Origin: Verrucomicrobiales bacterium
GTDB lineage: Bacteria; Verrucomicrobiota; Verrucomicrobiia; Limisphaerales; JAYPEY01
NCBI GenBank assembly: GCA_038126035.1
Contig: JAYPEY010000005.1
Location: 60,753-124,752 of the forward strand
Length of the DNA: 64,000 nt
Direction of reading: 5' to 3'
This document shows positions 63,784 through 64,000 of the stretch, piece after piece. Within the stretch, counting starts at the first letter, position 1, and every line of letters begins with the position of its first letter. A program made the position numbers and the translations under genes. The notes below the pieces were generated by a model. That model was not told where the DNA came from and ran no database searches. It saw only the letters and a program-made list of their open reading frames with translations.

Positions 63784-64000
63784 CGAATCGAATCAAACTG
63801 AAACATTCCCGCCCCCAACGAGCGGGAACAGGCAAACGAGCATGATCCACATCAGGCGACCGCGTTGCAAGCCCCGGAAACGGAGGACGCCCCCCCTTGA
63901 CACGCGCGCGCCGGGATTCCAACTTTGCCCCTGTCCCAGCGACGTTTTCCCCGCACCAGATCCGGCTCCATGAACCTCCGCCAAGCGACGACCGCCGATG

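Noticed and set aside
63971-64000. Possible + strand gene start (ATG AAC CTC CGC CAA GCG ...) divergent from the second RND operon, perhaps a regulator
   Set aside because: Only 10 codons are visible before the window ends, so it cannot be supported.

Overview
This is a GC-rich 64-kb chromosomal window. The gene content points to a PVC-superphylum bacterium, most likely Verrucomicrobiota; this is an inference from family content, not a search. Supporting content: two DUF1592/DUF1552 pairs, a sulfatase plus an FGE-family gene, DUF1080, Gfo/Idh/MocA, a Tat-signal TIM-barrel isomerase, Planctomycete-cytochrome-C-type domains, and giant secreted Calx-beta and BNR proteins. I support about 50 protein genes and one tRNA-Lys(CUU). 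I found no rRNA and no CRISPR array. Housekeeping genes are accA, rsmD, rlmB, aat, clpS and a class I mannose-6-phosphate isomerase. There are two RND efflux operons, one of which has a NodT-type outer-membrane factor. One large gene (1..2844, minus strand) is missing from the supplied ORF track because it runs off the left edge. Accessory and unusual content: a REPtron (RAYT transposase flanked by perfect 30-bp inverted REPs); two MITE-like elements with REP-related termini; a ~75-nt structured repeat present three times; heptamer microsatellites in three short co-directional spacers; a degraded vapC next to an intact antitoxin; a transposase remnant abutting a truncated LRR gene; a giant BNR gene split by one in-frame TGA; and a Ycf46-like AAA+ gene broken by a 2-nt gap at its Walker B motif. 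The best candidate for an undescribed system is the co-directional cluster at 46.7-53.3 kb. It comprises an ECF sigma factor, a small acidic protein, a Ycf46-like AAA+ ATPase, a TPR protein, an orphan PilT-type ATPase, and two paralogous membrane/TPR-like proteins, with no other pilus or secretion genes nearby. All family assignments come from reading motifs in the translations; no database search was possible.
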